Source: Phycisphaerales bacterium
Lineage (GTDB): Bacteria > Planctomycetota > Phycisphaerae > Phycisphaerales > SM1A02
Direction of reading: 5' to 3'
DNA: 64,000 nt
Assembly: GCA_020345805.1 (NCBI GenBank)
Contig: CP070772.1
Location: 3,090,365-3,154,364, forward strand
The notes below the pieces were generated by a model. The model was given only the letters and a program-made list of their open reading frames with translations, had not been told where the DNA came from and did not search any database. Each line of letters starts with the position of its first letter. Within the stretch, counting starts at the first letter, position 1. Below, piece after piece: positions 63,753-64,000 of this stretch. The translations under genes were made by a program, and so were the position numbers.

Positions 63753-63783
63753 AAAAACGACCCCGGCTGGAGGAGCCGGGGTC
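63753..63783 (-). terminator. hairpin plus T5, likely terminating the partial minus-strand gene at the window end
   Basis: GACCCCGGCT-GGAGG-AGCCGGGGTC, a perfect 10-bp stem. The minus strand continues GTTTTTCC. A second hairpin TGTCGCA-TTGAAG-TGCGACA lies at 63790-63809. Confidence 0.45.
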
Positions 63784-63920
63784 GTGGAGTGTCGCATTGA
63801 AGTGCGACAGGAGGGGGGAAAAGGGGAGGAAAGGGGAAGAAGCTAGAGGTAAGGAGCAGTCAGAGTCAGAGACACGGAGTCCGTGAGGGTTCGGTTTTTG
63901 GCCGGTCCGGTTTCAGGCCC

Positions 63921-64000
63921 TTATCCGGGACACGGGCCCCACGCCCCTAGTACGGCGAAGAGGTCGTCGATGTTCACCTTTCCGTCAGAATTCAGATCCT
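63921..64000 (-). CDS. 3' end of a gene encoding a dockerin/EF-hand-like C-terminal tail (partial)
   Basis: The minus strand reads DLNSDGKVNIDDLFAVLGAWGPCPG followed by a stop (TAA = TTA at 63921-63923). Confidence 0.45.
   Translation of the reverse strand, partial: DLNSDGKVNIDDLFAVLGAWGPCPG

Overview
High-GC (about 65% by eye) bacterial chromosomal segment. I ran no homology search, so every call rests on motifs read from the supplied translations. Several traits point to Planctomycetota, plausibly Phycisphaerae (inference): a HYExAFE-motif protein, long-leader prepilin-type pseudopilins, a DLNxDG...WGPC C-terminal tail, and FlgM/FliA plus PilZ. I support about 60 protein genes and one tRNA-Leu(TAG). 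No rRNA, CRISPR array, transposase or integrase was seen. Most genes are housekeeping: class II DAHP synthase, ppk1, queD, phosphohexomutase, dapA, dapB, pdxJ, phoU, a UDP-sugar pyrophosphorylase, glycerate kinase, truA, glycogen debranching enzyme, deoC, aldehyde dehydrogenase, an OYE flavoreductase and a ferredoxin. The unusual content is as follows. (1) An orphan phage head-assembly module (portal, scaffold-like protein, SU10/DUF5309-type major capsid, plus three small genes, 51992-57048) has no terminase, tail, lysis or integrase genes nearby and has host-like composition. This is my best candidate for something new, but it may simply be a prophage remnant. (2) A pilT-pilC-pseudopilin cluster carries an 813-aa PilX-like protein with calcium-motif and beta-helix-like regions. 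(3) An exbB-exbD-exbD operon is embedded between VWA, DoxX and giant TPR proteins, with no TonB or receptor gene. (4) A degenerate archaeal-adenylate-kinase-like domain is fused to a deoxyribosyltransferase-like domain, next to a roughly 430-bp low-GC islet that encodes a small membrane protein. (5) A GT4 / orphan 739-aa / LmbE deacetylase / GNAT string resembles low-molecular-weight-thiol pathway logic. (6) A lysine-rich histone-H1-like protein is built from 27-nt tandem repeats. (7) An aldehyde-dehydrogenase paralog lacks the catalytic domain. Many long ORFs in the track are antisense shadows typical of high-GC DNA. Several N-terminal extensions in the track were trimmed to internal starts.
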